A DNA stretch of 64,000 bases from Candidatus Deferrimicrobiaceae bacterium (lineage in GTDB: Bacteria > Desulfobacterota > Deferrimicrobia > Deferrimicrobiales > Deferrimicrobiaceae). Where the stretch lies: assembly GCA_963792415.1 (NCBI GenBank), contig CAWBVY010000006.1:1-64000 (forward strand), written 5' to 3'. Numbering within the stretch: the stretch's first letter is position 1; the number at the start of each line of letters is the position of its first letter. The notes under the pieces are model-generated. The model was not told where the DNA came from, did not search any database, and saw nothing but the letters and a program-made list of their open reading frames with translations. Of the stretch, positions 33,596-47,124 are shown piece after piece. The translations under genes and the position numbers were made by a program.

Positions 33596-34677
33596 CGAAG
33601 AAACGGATCCTGGCGGCGATGAGCGGGGGGGTCGACTCCTCCGTGGCGGCGCTGCTCCTGCAGCGGGACGGGTGGGAGGTCATCGGCATCTCGATGGACC
33701 TCTACGACTATTCGGCCGTGACGCGGGATCGCGAGGGGACGTGCTGCTCGCTGGACGACCTGTACGACGCCCGGCGCGTGTGCGACACCCTGGGGATCCC
33801 CTACTACGTCCTCAACCTGCGGGACGAATTCCGCAGGGAGGTGATCGACCCGTTCGTCCGGGAGTACCAGGCGGGCCGGACGCCGAATCCGTGCATCCTG
33901 TGCAACGAGCACATGAAATTCCGCGCGCTGCTGCGCAAGGCCGACGAGCTCGGGGCGGAAGGGGTCGCCACGGGGCATTACGCGGTCATCCGCACGGAGC
34001 CCGACGGGCGTTGCCGCCTCTTCACCTCGCCGGACGTCCGGAAGGACCAGTCGTACTTTCTCTATTCGCTCGACTCCGACCGGCTGCGGCGGATCCGGTT
34101 CCCCGTGGGGGAGATGATGAAGGAGCAGGTGCGGGAGATCGCCCTCGGCGCGGGGCTGCCGGTGTACGAGAAGCGGGAGAGCCAGGACATCTGCTTCGTC
34201 ACCGACGACTCCTACACCCGGTTCCTCGAGAGCCGTGGGATCCGCGAGGACCGCGGGCGCTTCGTGGACCGGGAGGGGAACTTCCTGGGGAACCACAAGG
34301 GGATCCTGCACTACACGGTCGGGCAGCGAAAGGGGATCGGGATCGCGTCGAAGGAGCCGCTCTACGTCGTGGCGATCGACGCCGGGAGGAACGAGGTCGT
34401 TCTCGGCAGCGACGGGGAAACGTTCTCCGGAGGGGCGACGGTCGTCTCCCCGACTTTCGTTGCCGGCTCCCCGCCGGGGGAGGAGTTCCGCGCGACGGCC
34501 CGGGTGCGGTACCACCACCCCGGGGCGCCGTGCTCCGTGAAGGCGACGGGGGACCGTCTCGCGGTCACCTTCGAGACGCCCCAGCGCAGCGTGACCCCCG
34601 GGCAGGCGCTCGTCCTTTACGACGGGGACGAGGTCCTCGGCGGGGGCTGCATCGAATGCGCGGCCGACTCTCGGTAG
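33592..34677 (+). CDS. mnmA: tRNA 2-thiouridylase MnmA
   Basis: AMSGGVDSS, TPNPCILCN, ATGHYA, KDQSYFL, ESQDICF, YTVGQRKG, TPGQ. Confidence 0.97.
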   Translation: MTKKRILAAMSGGVDSSVAALLLQRDGWEVIGISMDLYDYSAVTRDREGTCCSLDDLYDARRVCDTLGIPYYVLNLRDEFRREVIDPFVREYQAGRTPNPCILCNEHMKFRALLRKADELGAEGVATGHYAVIRTEPDGRCRLFTSPDVRKDQSYFLYSLDSDRLRRIRFPVGEMMKEQVREIALGAGLPVYEKRESQDICFVTDDSYTRFLESRGIREDRGRFVDREGNFLGNHKGILHYTVGQRKGIGIASKEPLYVVAIDAGRNEVVLGSDGETFSGGATVVSPTFVAGSPPGEEFRATARVRYHHPGAPCSVKATGDRLAVTFETPQRSVTPGQALVLYDGDEVLGGGCIECAADSR

Positions 34678-35936
34678 CAACCGTCGGCTGCAAGGCGAAC
34701 TTCGCCGACTCCGCGGCGATCCTCGCTCACGCGGCACGCGCCGGGTTCGAACTTGTGGGGGACGGAGACCCCGCCGACGTCCTGGTCATCAACAGCTGCA
34801 CCGTCACCCGCAGGGCCGACCGGGATTGCCGGTCGCTGGCCCGGCGCCTGCGCCGAAAGCATCCGGGCGCGGTCCTCGTGATGACCGGCTGCTTCGCGGA
34901 AACGAGCCCCGAAGCCCGCGCGTCCGTGCCCGAGGTGGACCATTGGCTCGGGATCCGCGAGCCGTCCGGCCTGCCGAGGCTGCTTCGCTCCCTGGCCGGC
35001 GGCGCGCCTCCGCCCGAAGAGGAGTTGTCCGATTTCGCGGCGGACCGGTTGCTGGGGCACAGCCGCGTATTCCTGAAGGTCCAGGACGGGTGCGATGGGG
35101 CGTGCGCCTACTGCGTCGTTCCGAAAGCGCGGGGGTCCGGCCGGTCCCTGCCGCGGCGGGAGATCGTCGAGCGCGCGGTCCGGGCGAAAAGCGACGGCGC
35201 CAGGGAGATCGTCCTGACCGGGATCCACGTCGGGCGGTACGGTGCCGACCGCGGCGACCGTGACGGCCTCGCGGGACTCGTCGAGGCGCTTCTCCGGGCG
35301 ACGTCCGGGTGCAGGTTCCGCCTGGGCTCGGTCGAGCCCCTCGAGATCACGTCCGCGCTCGTTTCCCTCCTTTCCACGCGAGACCGTCTCTGCCCTCATC
35401 TCCACGTCCCGCTGCAGGCCGGTTCCGACCGGGTCCTCCTCCGGATGCGCCGGCCATATACGGCGAGGCAGTATCGTGAGAGACTAGAGCTGCTCGCCGC
35501 CGAGGTCCCGGGGATCCGTCTGGGGGCCGACGTGATCGCCGGGTTTCCGGGGGAGACCGCCGACGATTTCGAGGAGACGATGCGGCTGATCCGCGCCACC
35601 CCGTTGAGCTACCTTCACGCATTTCCATACTCCCCCCGTCCCGGGACCGAGAGCGCGGGATGGCCGGACGACGTGACCGCGGGGGAGAAGACGCGGAGGG
35701 TCGCGCGCCTTCGGACGGAGGATGCCGCGATCCGCAGGGAGTACCTCGAGAAACAGGTGGGGAAGACCCTGGTCGTGGCGGCGTCGGCGAGGGACCCGAA
35801 TACCGGGGAGATGCGCGGGACCACGGAAAATTACGCCGAGGCGGTCTTCCGCGCGGCGACCGGCGCGCGCGGGGAGCTGATCCCCGTCCGGATCGACGCC
35901 GTTCGCGGCGAACACCTCGAGGGGACGGCCGTTTGA
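34656..35936 (+). CDS. mtaB: tRNA methylthiotransferase (MtaB/MiaB-family radical SAM)
   Basis: TVGCKAN, NSCTVT, TGC, KVQDGCDGACAYC, AGFPGET, FPYSPRPGT. Confidence 0.88.
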   Translation: MRGRLSVATVGCKANFADSAAILAHAARAGFELVGDGDPADVLVINSCTVTRRADRDCRSLARRLRRKHPGAVLVMTGCFAETSPEARASVPEVDHWLGIREPSGLPRLLRSLAGGAPPPEEELSDFAADRLLGHSRVFLKVQDGCDGACAYCVVPKARGSGRSLPRREIVERAVRAKSDGAREIVLTGIHVGRYGADRGDRDGLAGLVEALLRATSGCRFRLGSVEPLEITSALVSLLSTRDRLCPHLHVPLQAGSDRVLLRMRRPYTARQYRERLELLAAEVPGIRLGADVIAGFPGETADDFEETMRLIRATPLSYLHAFPYSPRPGTESAGWPDDVTAGEKTRRVARLRTEDAAIRREYLEKQVGKTLVVAASARDPNTGEMRGTTENYAEAVFRAATGARGELIPVRIDAVRGEHLEGTAV

Positions 35937-36628
35937 CGTTTTCCACGTTCGAGGAACGGATCGGATACCGATTCTCCGCTCCGGATCTGCTCGAGGAGGC
36001 GCTGCGGCACGGCTCCGCCCCCGGGCACGAGGAAGGGAAGCGGTCGTACGAGCGGCTCGAGTTCCTGGGGGACGCCGTGCTGAACCTCTGCGTCGCGCAG
36101 GAGATGTACCGGTTGCTGCCGCTGGCAGGGGAGGGGGTCCTCACAAAGGCGCGGGCCTCGATCATCAACAACCGGAACCTCGCGAAGATCGCGGAGCGGA
36201 TCGGCGTCCCGGGATCGCTGCGGATCGACCCTTCCGTGCGCCGGAAGGGGGTCGGGGTCACCCGGAAGATGGCCGCCGACGCCGTGGAGGCGGTCATCGG
36301 GGCGATCTTCCTCGACGGCGGGCACGAGGCGGCCCTCCGGTTCGTGCGAAGCCATTTCCGCCTCCCGGACCTGATGGGCGCGCTGGTCGCCGGGTTCGAC
36401 GCGAAGTCGCGGCTGCAGGAGTGGTGCCAGGGGGAGCGTCTACCTCTCCCGGCGTACACGCTCCTGTCCGCCGAGGGACCGCCGCACGACCGGCTCTTCC
36501 GGGTGGAGGTCCGGGTGGAGGGGCAGGCGCCGGCCGGGGGATGCGGAACGTCACTCAAGGAGGCGGAGATGGACGCGGCGTCGAAAGCGATATCGTTTCT
36601 CCTGGGCGCCGGCGGGGAGACCCCGTGA
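35933..36628 (+). CDS. rnc: Ribonuclease III
   Basis: ERLEFLGDAVL, ADAVEAVIGAIFLD, dsRBD (KSRLQE...GPPHDR). Confidence 0.96.
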   Translation: MTFSTFEERIGYRFSAPDLLEEALRHGSAPGHEEGKRSYERLEFLGDAVLNLCVAQEMYRLLPLAGEGVLTKARASIINNRNLAKIAERIGVPGSLRIDPSVRRKGVGVTRKMAADAVEAVIGAIFLDGGHEAALRFVRSHFRLPDLMGALVAGFDAKSRLQEWCQGERLPLPAYTLLSAEGPPHDRLFRVEVRVEGQAPAGGCGTSLKEAEMDAASKAISFLLGAGGETP

Positions 36629-37521
36629 ACCGGAAATCGGGGTTCGTCGCCCTGCTGGGTCGCCCCAACGTGGGGAAATCGACCCTGCTCAACCGGATCG
36701 TGCGCGCCAAGATCGCGATCGTCACGAGGAAACCGCAGACGACGCGGGACCGGATCGCGGGGATTCTCACGGAGACGCGGGGGCAGATCGTATTCCTCGA
36801 CAGCCCCGGGATCCACAAGCCGACGAGGGCCCTCAATTCCCACATGGTCCGCACCGCCTGCCGGATCGGCGAGGAGGCCGACATCGTCGCCCATGTGATC
36901 GACGACCGTCCGGTGGGGAAAGGGCCGGAGGACGCCATGGTCCGCGGGATCCTCGAAAAGATCCCGGTACCGCGCATCCTCGTGGTGAACAAGGTCGACC
37001 GGATCGGGCGGGCGGCGGCGGACGAGGTCCGGAAGGGTCTCGCGCGGGACGATTTCTACGCCGCGTCGTTCCTCGTCTCCGCGACCAAGGGGGACGGCGT
37101 GGAGGCATTCGTGACCGCGCTCTTCGCGCGGTTGCCCGAAGGGCCGGCGTTCTACCCGGAAGAGGACCTTACCGACCTCCCGATGCGCTTCATCGCCAAG
37201 GAGGTGATCCGCGAAAAGCTCTTCGAGGGTCTCGACGAGGAGATCCCCTACAGCGTCGCGGTGCGGATCGACGAATATAAGGAAGAGCCCGAGAAGAACC
37301 TGATCCGCATCCGGGCCGAGATCCTCGTGGAGCGGGATTCCCAGAAGGGGATCGTGATCGGGAAGGGCGGCGCGTTCCTGAAGAAGGTCGGGATCGCCTC
37401 GCGCATCGAGCTCGAGAAGGAGACGGGGTCGCGGGTATACCTCGAACTGTTCGTCGTCGTAGAACGGGACTGGTCGAGAAGCGAATCGATGTTGAGGCAT
37501 CTGGGATATGAGCCCGTCTAG
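36625..37521 (+). CDS. era: GTPase Era
   Basis: GRPNVGKSTL, PQTTR, DSPG, NKVD, KH domain SQKGIVIGKGG. Confidence 0.97.
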   Translation: MNRKSGFVALLGRPNVGKSTLLNRIVRAKIAIVTRKPQTTRDRIAGILTETRGQIVFLDSPGIHKPTRALNSHMVRTACRIGEEADIVAHVIDDRPVGKGPEDAMVRGILEKIPVPRILVVNKVDRIGRAAADEVRKGLARDDFYAASFLVSATKGDGVEAFVTALFARLPEGPAFYPEEDLTDLPMRFIAKEVIREKLFEGLDEEIPYSVAVRIDEYKEEPEKNLIRIRAEILVERDSQKGIVIGKGGAFLKKVGIASRIELEKETGSRVYLELFVVVERDWSRSESMLRHLGYEPV

Positions 37522-38836
37522 GTTCACGGTGGCGCTGGTGGGGCGCCCGAACGTGGGAAAGTCCACCCTCTTCAACCGGATGGCGCGGAAGCGGCGGGCC
37601 ATCACGTTCGATCAGCCGGGGATCACCCGGGACCTCGTCGCCGAGCCGGTGGAGTACGACGGCCGCCGTTTTCTCCTCGTCGACACCGGCGGGTACATGA
37701 CGGGCGAGGGGGAGGACGATCTCCTCCCGAAGATCCGGGGGCAGGTCCTGCGGGCGGTCTACGAGTCCGACCTGGTCGTCTTCCTGGTCGATTCCCGCGA
37801 CGGGCTGCTCCCCCTCGACAAGGAGATCGCGGGCATGCTGCGGGAGCGCGGAAAGCCGGTCCTGCTCGCGGCGAACAAGGTGGACGCGAAGGAAGGCAGG
37901 GAAGGGGTCTCCCAGTTCCACGCCCTCTCCATCGACGCGATCCATCCCGTTTCCGCGGAACACGGCACCGGGGTATCCGAACTGCTCGAAGCGATCGTCG
38001 CGCGGATTCCCGAACGGAACGACGACGGGGAGGCGACGGACGCGACGGACACCCCCCTTCCACGGATCGCCGTGGTTGGGCGTCCCAACGTTGGAAAGTC
38101 GACGCTCGTGAACACGCTGGCGGGATTCGAGCGGGTCATCGCCTCGGAGGTCCCGGGCACCACGCGCGACGCGATCGACGTGAGGGTGGAGCGGGACGGA
38201 AGGAAGTACCTTCTGATCGACACCGCGGGGATCCGCGCGAAGCGGAAGACCGAAGGGGCGGTGGAGATCTTCTCCGTGATGAAGAGCCTCGACTCGATCA
38301 AGCGGTGCGAACTCGCGATCCTCCTTGTCGACGGTCCCGGGGGGCTCACCCACCAGGACCGGCAGGTCCTGCGCTACATCCTCGACGAGGAGCGCGCGGT
38401 GGTCGTGGCCGCGAACAAGGCCGACGCCTGGACCACGGAGGAGGCGCGCCGGAAGGGGTTGCACGCGATCACGGAAGGACTCGATTACGCCTCCTTCGCG
38501 CCCGTCGTCCCCACGGTGGCCACTTCGGGGAAAGGGTTCCAGCAGCTCTTCCGGAAGATCGAGGAGGCCAGCGCGAACTTCCGCCTCCGCGTCCCGACCG
38601 GCGTGCTGAACCGCATGGCGCAGTCGTTCCTCTACACCGTCCCGATCCCTTCCCCGACGGGGAGGAACCGGGCGTTCTACATGACCCAGGTCGGGGTCGC
38701 GCCGCCCTCCTTCGCCATCTTCGTGAAGAACCGCAAGGGGATCCCGGACTCGTTCACCCGCTACCTGCAGAACAAGATCCGCGACCGCTTCGGATTCGAG
38801 GGGTCGCCCGTCCGCATCGTCTACCGGGAGCGATGA
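37508..38836 (+). CDS. der: Ribosome biogenesis GTPase Der (EngA)
   Basis: Two G domains (GRPNVGKST twice; DTGG and DTAG) and a C-terminal KH-like domain. Confidence 0.97.
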   Translation: MSPSRFTVALVGRPNVGKSTLFNRMARKRRAITFDQPGITRDLVAEPVEYDGRRFLLVDTGGYMTGEGEDDLLPKIRGQVLRAVYESDLVVFLVDSRDGLLPLDKEIAGMLRERGKPVLLAANKVDAKEGREGVSQFHALSIDAIHPVSAEHGTGVSELLEAIVARIPERNDDGEATDATDTPLPRIAVVGRPNVGKSTLVNTLAGFERVIASEVPGTTRDAIDVRVERDGRKYLLIDTAGIRAKRKTEGAVEIFSVMKSLDSIKRCELAILLVDGPGGLTHQDRQVLRYILDEERAVVVAANKADAWTTEEARRKGLHAITEGLDYASFAPVVPTVATSGKGFQQLFRKIEEASANFRLRVPTGVLNRMAQSFLYTVPIPSPTGRNRAFYMTQVGVAPPSFAIFVKNRKGIPDSFTRYLQNKIRDRFGFEGSPVRIVYRER

Positions 38837-39703
38837 TCCGTCGGGCGTCAAAGGCGTCCCGGGCCATCACGGAGGGGGCGGCGATCTTCTTCCGGAACCA
38901 CGGTTCGGTCTACAGCGCCGCCATCGCGTTCAACATCCTGCTCTCCGCGATCCCGGTCCTGTTCCTCGCCTTCGCGGCCACCGGCTGGATCATCGGGAAG
39001 AGCGAACTTCCATTCGCGCAGCTCAAGGAGATCTTGGGCAACACGTTCCCTTATGGCGCGCGGGTGCTCATTCCGAACCTTCGGAAATTGATGGAGGCGG
39101 GGGGAGCCTTCGGGATTCTCGGAACGGTGCTGCTCCTCTTGTCCTCCTGGTCCGCGACGGAAGCGGTCCACACGGCGCTTTCGGTGATGGTGAGGAGCAA
39201 GCGCCAGAAACGGATCTGGCGCTCCCTCGCGTTCCACGTCGTCTTCGTGGTCGTCCTCATCGTGCTGACCGCGGCCGCCATCATCGTGCCCCCCCTTTGG
39301 GACGGGATCTTCTACCTCACGAAGGGGATGTCTGCGCAGGTGGACCACGCGTTCCGGGGCATCATGAAGCTGGTCGCGGATATATTCATGGTGGGCATCA
39401 TGTTGCTGGGGAGCGTCCTGAGCTACCGATACCTCTCCCCGGGAAAAATCCGGCTTCGCAACGCGTTCGTGGGGACCGTGATCTTCCTCGCCCTGCTTCA
39501 GGGAATCAGGTACGGATTCATCTTTTACGTAAGGAAATTCAGCAAGTTGAATCTTCTTTACGGTTCCTTGTTCAGCATCATTTGTTTTATAATCGTTGCC
39601 TACCTCTTCGCGGCGGCGTATCTGTACGGTGCCAGCGTCATCGGAGTCCTGGAGCGCATGGGCAGGGAGGGGTCCATCCCGGCGGAGAAGGAAGGCGAAC
39701 CGG

Positions 39704-39726
<23 letters not shown>
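38833..39726 (+). CDS. YihY/BrkB-family membrane protein
   Basis: SAAIAFNILLSAIP, six hydrophobic segments, YGSL motif. Confidence 0.85.
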
Positions 39727-42105
<2,379 letters not shown>

Positions 42106-42109
42106 CGGA

Positions 42110-43660
42110 TTGGACGGAAAGATCCTCATCCTCGATTTCGGGTCGCAATACACGATGCTCATCGCGCGGCGTGTGCGGGAGCAGCGCGTCTACAGCGAGA
42201 TCCACCCCTTCAACGTGGGGATCGATGTCGTGCGGGACTTCGCGCCGGCGGGGATCATCCTCTCCGGCGGGCCGTCCAGCGTCTACGACGCCGACGCCCC
42301 GCGGATCTCCAGGGAGGTTCTCGAGCTGGGCGTCCCCGTGCTGGGGATCTGCTACGGCATGCAGCTGATCGCCGACCTGCTGGGGGGCAAGGTCGGCCGG
42401 TCCGAGGAGAGGGAATACGGGGTCGCGCGCATCCGGGGGCAGTGGGGGAGCCCCCTCTTCCTCGGGATCGAGGAGTTCCGTCACGACATGGAGATCCCGG
42501 TCTGGATGAGCCACGGGGACCGGATCGACGAACTGCCGAAGGGGTTCTCCTCCATCGCGCGCTCCGGGAACTCGCCGATCGCCGCGATGTCGAATCACCA
42601 GGGGACGATCTTCGGCGTGCAGTTCCACCCCGAGGTGGTGCACACCCCCCGGGGCACGGAGATCCTCGCCAACTTCCTGTTCCGCGTCTGTGAACTTTCG
42701 CCCGACTGGACGATGCACTCCTTCATCGAGAGCAGCGTGAAGAGGATCCGGGAGAAGACGGGATCCGGGGAGGTCGTTCTCGGCCTCTCGGGAGGGGTCG
42801 ACTCCTCCGTCGCCGCGGTTCTCCTGCACAAGGCGATCGGCGACCGGCTCACCTGCATCTTCGTCGACAACGGGCTGCTGCGCGCCGGGGAGGCGGAGGA
42901 GGTCGTCCGGACCTTCCGCGACGCGATCGGGCTGCGGCTCGATTTCGTCGAAGCCTCCGCCCGGTTCCTCAAGGCGCTCGCCGGCGTGGCGGACCCGGAA
43001 CGGAAACGGAAGATCATCGGGAAGCTCTTCGTGCGCATCTTCGAGGAGGAGGCGCGGAAGATCCCCGGCGTCGGCTTCCTCGCGCAGGGGACCCTCTACC
43101 CGGACGTGATCGAGAGCGTATCGTTCAAGGGGCCCTCCGCCGTCATCAAGTCCCACCACAACGTGGGGGGTCTGCCGGAACGGATGCGCCTGAAGCTCGT
43201 CGAGCCGCTGCGCGAGCTGTTCAAGGACGAGGTCCGCGAGCTGGGGCAGGAGCTCGGGGTGCCTGCGCGCGTGCTCGAGAGGCAGCCGTTCCCCGGACCG
43301 GGTCTCGCGGTCCGCATCATCGGGCCGGTCACCGGGGAGCGGTTGCGCATCCTGCGCGAGGCCGACGCGATCGTCGACGGGGAGATCCGGGCGGCGGGCC
43401 TCTACGAGGCGATCTGGCAGTCGTTCGCCGTCCTGCTCCCGATCAAGACGGTCGGGGTGATGGGGGATTTCCGGACCTACGAGAACGTCGCCGCCATCCG
43501 GGCGGTCCACAGCCAGGACGGGATGACCGCCGATTGGGTGCGGCTGCCGTACGACGTGCTGCAGCGGATCTCCACGCGGATGATCAACGAGGTGAAGGGG
43601 ATCAACCGCGTCGTATACGACATCTCCTCGAAGCCCCCGGGAACCATCGAGTGGGAATGA
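42110..43660 (+). CDS. guaA: GMP synthase (glutamine-hydrolysing)
   Basis: [46 protein letters not shown]. Confidence 0.98.
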   Translation: MDGKILILDFGSQYTMLIARRVREQRVYSEIHPFNVGIDVVRDFAPAGIILSGGPSSVYDADAPRISREVLELGVPVLGICYGMQLIADLLGGKVGRSEEREYGVARIRGQWGSPLFLGIEEFRHDMEIPVWMSHGDRIDELPKGFSSIARSGNSPIAAMSNHQGTIFGVQFHPEVVHTPRGTEILANFLFRVCELSPDWTMHSFIESSVKRIREKTGSGEVVLGLSGGVDSSVAAVLLHKAIGDRLTCIFVDNGLLRAGEAEEVVRTFRDAIGLRLDFVEASARFLKALAGVADPERKRKIIGKLFVRIFEEEARKIPGVGFLAQGTLYPDVIESVSFKGPSAVIKSHHNVGGLPERMRLKLVEPLRELFKDEVRELGQELGVPARVLERQPFPGPGLAVRIIGPVTGERLRILREADAIVDGEIRAAGLYEAIWQSFAVLLPIKTVGVMGDFRTYENVAAIRAVHSQDGMTADWVRLPYDVLQRISTRMINEVKGINRVVYDISSKPPGTIEWE

Positions 43661-46600
43661 AAAGCTTCGTCCACCTCCACCTCCATTCGGAATACAGCCT
43701 CCTCGACGGTACGATCCAGTTCAAGCCGCTGGTCGAGCGGGCGAGGAAGCTTTCGATGCCCGCCGTCGCCGTCACCGATCACGGCGGGATGATGGGGACG
43801 ATCGCGTTCTACGAGGAGGCGATGAAGGGGGGCGTGAAGCCGATCCTCGGGACGGAGATCTACGTCGCCCCCGGGGCCCGGTCGGAGCGGAAAATCGCCC
43901 CTACGGGCGAATACGCCTACCACCTGATCCTGCTGGCGGAAAACGAGACCGGCTACCGCAACCTCATGATGCTCTCCTCCCTCGCCCACACGGAAGGGTT
44001 CTACTACCGCCCGCGGGTCGACAAGGAGCTGCTTCGGAAATACTCGGGGGGGCTGATCGCCACGTCCGCGTGCCTCCAGGGCGAGATCCCGCTGGCGATG
44101 GGGACCGAGGGCGATGCGAAGGCTCTCGAGGTCCTGGAAGAGTACCGATCGATCTTCACCGACGGGAGATTCTTCCTGGAGATCCAGGACAACGGGCTGC
44201 CCGAGCAGGAGAAGATGAACCCGCTCCTCGTCGCGCTGGCGCGGCGGACGGGGACCCCCCTGGTCGCGACGAACGACTGCCACTATCTCAACCCCGGGGA
44301 CGACAAGCTCCAGGAGATCCTTCTCTGCCTGCAGACGGGGAAGACGATCTCGGATCCGACCCGGATGCGTTTCGGCTCGGACCAGTTCTACGTGAAGACC
44401 GCCGAGGAATTCGAGCGGGCGTTCGGGCACGTCGCCCCCGACGCCCTCGCGAACACGCTGGAGGTGGCGGAACGGTGCAACGTGAAGATCGAGCTCGGGG
44501 TGAACAAGATCCCCGAATTCGCCCTTCCGCCCGGGGTGACCGCGGACGGGAAGCTGCGCGAGATGGCGGCCGCGGGGCTCGAACGGCGGCTCGAGGAGCG
44601 GATGAAGCGCGAGGGGGGGCTTCCGGACGCGCTCGTCGAGGAGTATCGGCGGCGGCTGGCGTACGAGCTCTCCGTCATCGGGAAGACCGGTTTCGCCAGC
44701 TACTTCCTGATCGTCGCCGACTTCATCGGCTGGGCGAAGGACGCGAGCATCCCGGTGGGCCCGGGACGCGGCAGCGCGGCGGGGAGCCTGGTGGCGTTCT
44801 GTCTCCGCATCACCGAGATCGACCCGATCCGGTACAAGCTCCTCTTCGAGCGGTTCCTGAACCCCGAGCGGGTGAGCCTCCCGGACATCGACTGCGACTT
44901 CTGCAAGGACCGGCGCGAGGAGGTGATCGCCTACGTCCAGCGCAAGTACGGGGAGGAGAACGTCGCCCAGCTCATCACGTTCGGGACGTGGAAGCCCCGG
45001 GGCGCCGTCCGCGACGTCGGGCGGGTGCTCGAGATGCCCTACGCCGAGGTCGACCGGATCGCCAAGATGATCCCCGCCGACCTCAAGATGACGGTGGAAA
45101 ACGCGCTGAAGGCCGAACCGCGCTTCGGGGAAATGATCTCCGCGAACCCGAAGATCGCCGACCTCTTCCGCTTCGCGGGGGAGATCGAGGGCCGAAACCG
45201 CCACGCGGGGACCCACGCCTCGGCGGTCGTGATCGCCGACCGGCCGATCACCGAGTATTCCCCCCTCTACCGGCAGGCCACCGGCGAAATCACGACGCAG
45301 TACGGGATGGACCCGACCGCGCGGGTCGGGCTCGTCAAGTTCGACTTCCTCGGCCTGCGCACCCTGACCGCCATCGACGACACGCGAAAACTTCTCAAGG
45401 AACTCCGGGGGATCGAGATCGACCCGGACGCCCTCGAGCTCACCGACGCGGAAACGTACGAAGTGCTGGGTCGCGGGGACACGGTGGGGGTCTTCCAGGC
45501 CGAGAGCGCTGGGTTCACCAAGCTCGTCAAGAACCTCAAGCCCGACCAGTTCAACCACCTGATCGACATGGTCGCCCTGTACCGTCCCGGACCCCTCCAG
45601 AGCGGAATGGCGGACGATTTCGTGGAGCGGCGGCACGGGAGGCGCAAAGCGGAGTTCCTCCATCCCCGTCTTAAGGAGATTCTCGGGGAGACGTACGGCG
45701 TCATGGTCTACCAGGAGCAGGTGATGGAGATCGCCAAGGCGCTGGGCGGGTTCACGCTGGGCGAGGCCGACGTCCTCCGGAAGGCGATGGGGAAGAAGGA
45801 CGACGCCCTGATGGAGCGGCAGAAGTCCCGCTTCCTGGAAGGGGCGAAGGGAAACGGAATCCCCGAGGCCAAGGCGGTCGCGATCTTCGACCTGATGGCG
45901 CAGTTCGGCGGGTACGGCTTCAACAAGTCCCACAGCGCCGCGTACGCGCTGCTGGCGTACCAGACCGCGTACCTCAAGACGCATTACCCCGTCGAATATT
46001 TCAGCGCCCTGATGACCTCGGAGTCCGGGGACACGGACAAGATCATCCGCTACATCGCGTATTGCCGGGAGAAGGGGATCCCGATCCTCCCGCCGGACGT
46101 GAACGAATCGCGGTACGCCTTCTTCCCCTCCGACCGGTCGATCCGCTTCGGCCTTTCCGCGATCAAGGGGCTCGGGGCTTCCGCGATCGACGCCATCCTC
46201 GATGCCCGCAAGGAGAGTCTCTTCCTTTCCGTCCCCGACCTCCTCTCGCGGGTCGACCTGCGGAAAGTGAACAAGCGGGCGGTGGAGAGCCTGATCAAGT
46301 CCGGGGCCCTCGACTCCCTCGACCCGGATCGCGGCAAGGTGGTCGCGGAGCTTCCCGCCCTTCTCGAGGAGGCGCAGGCGGAGGTCCGGAGACTCGAGTC
46401 CGGCCAGTTCGCGCTCTTCGGGGAAGCGTCCGGGGGGAAGCCCGGGAAGCGGGGACGGAAAGCGGAAGCCGCGGCGCCTTCGTGGTCCCGCCGGGAGCGG
46501 CTCACCTTCGAGAAGGAGACGCTGGGGTTCTACATCACCGGCCACCCGATGGACGCGTTCGCGGCGGAGATCGCGCTGTACGCGAACACGACCACCGGGA

Positions 46601-47124
46601 AGCTCCCCGCCTTGAAGCCCGAGACCGAGATCCGGATCGGCGGCCTCGTCACGGGGCTGAAGGAGAAGATGACCCGGCGCGGGGAGAAGATGGCCATCTG
46701 GACGCTGGAGGACCTCGAGGGGACGGTCGAGGTCGTCGTCTTTCCGAAGTCGCTTCCGGAAAACCGGGAAACGCTGGCGAGCCCGGAGCCGGTCTTTCTC
46801 GTCGGGCGGCTCAAGTTCGAGGACCAGGGGATGAAGATCCACGCGGAGGAAGTCTTCCGGATGGAGAACGTACGGGAACGGCTCGCGAAGTCCGTGCACT
46901 TCCATCTCCTGCTGGACCGGATGACCCCCGGGGACGTCGCGGAACTGCGGCAGACGATCCTTCGCAATTCCGGTGAGAAGAAGGGGTTCCTGCACGCGAT
47001 CCGTTCGGGGGAGTTCGACGCGGTGATCGCCCTTCCCGACGGTTGCGGCGTCGCGCCGTCCCTGGAGCTGGCGCGGGAGCTTCGCGGCCGGTTCGGCTAC
47101 GACGTCCTGCGTCTCCACGGATGA
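43657..47124 (+). CDS. dnaE: DNA polymerase III alpha subunit
   Basis: [13 protein letters not shown] (PHP), [41 protein letters not shown] fold. Confidence 0.98.
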   Translation: MKSFVHLHLHSEYSLLDGTIQFKPLVERARKLSMPAVAVTDHGGMMGTIAFYEEAMKGGVKPILGTEIYVAPGARSERKIAPTGEYAYHLILLAENETGYRNLMMLSSLAHTEGFYYRPRVDKELLRKYSGGLIATSACLQGEIPLAMGTEGDAKALEVLEEYRSIFTDGRFFLEIQDNGLPEQEKMNPLLVALARRTGTPLVATNDCHYLNPGDDKLQEILLCLQTGKTISDPTRMRFGSDQFYVKTAEEFERAFGHVAPDALANTLEVAERCNVKIELGVNKIPEFALPPGVTADGKLREMAAAGLERRLEERMKREGGLPDALVEEYRRRLAYELSVIGKTGFASYFLIVADFIGWAKDASIPVGPGRGSAAGSLVAFCLRITEIDPIRYKLLFERFLNPERVSLPDIDCDFCKDRREEVIAYVQRKYGEENVAQLITFGTWKPRGAVRDVGRVLEMPYAEVDRIAKMIPADLKMTVENALKAEPRFGEMISANPKIADLFRFAGEIEGRNRHAGTHASAVVIADRPITEYSPLYRQATGEITTQYGMDPTARVGLVKFDFLGLRTLTAIDDTRKLLKELRGIEIDPDALELTDAETYEVLGRGDTVGVFQAESAGFTKLVKNLKPDQFNHLIDMVALYRPGPLQSGMADDFVERRHGRRKAEFLHPRLKEILGETYGVMVYQEQVMEIAKALGGFTLGEADVLRKAMGKKDDALMERQKSRFLEGAKGNGIPEAKAVAIFDLMAQFGGYGFNKSHSAAYALLAYQTAYLKTHYPVEYFSALMTSESGDTDKIIRYIAYCREKGIPILPPDVNESRYAFFPSDRSIRFGLSAIKGLGASAIDAILDARKESLFLSVPDLLSRVDLRKVNKRAVESLIKSGALDSLDPDRGKVVAELPALLEEAQAEVRRLESGQFALFGEASGGKPGKRGRKAEAAAPSWSRRERLTFEKETLGFYITGHPMDAFAAEIALYANTTTGKLPALKPETEIRIGGLVTGLKEKMTRRGEKMAIWTLEDLEGTVEVVVFPKSLPENRETLASPEPVFLVGRLKFEDQGMKIHAEEVFRMENVRERLAKSVHFHLLLDRMTPGDVAELRQTILRNSGEKKGFLHAIRSGEFDAVIALPDGCGVAPSLELARELRGRFGYDVLRLHG

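Noticed and set aside
43657-47124. Intein or split in dnaE
   Set aside because: The length (about 1155 aa) is normal, motifs are continuous, and there is no C...HN intein signature.
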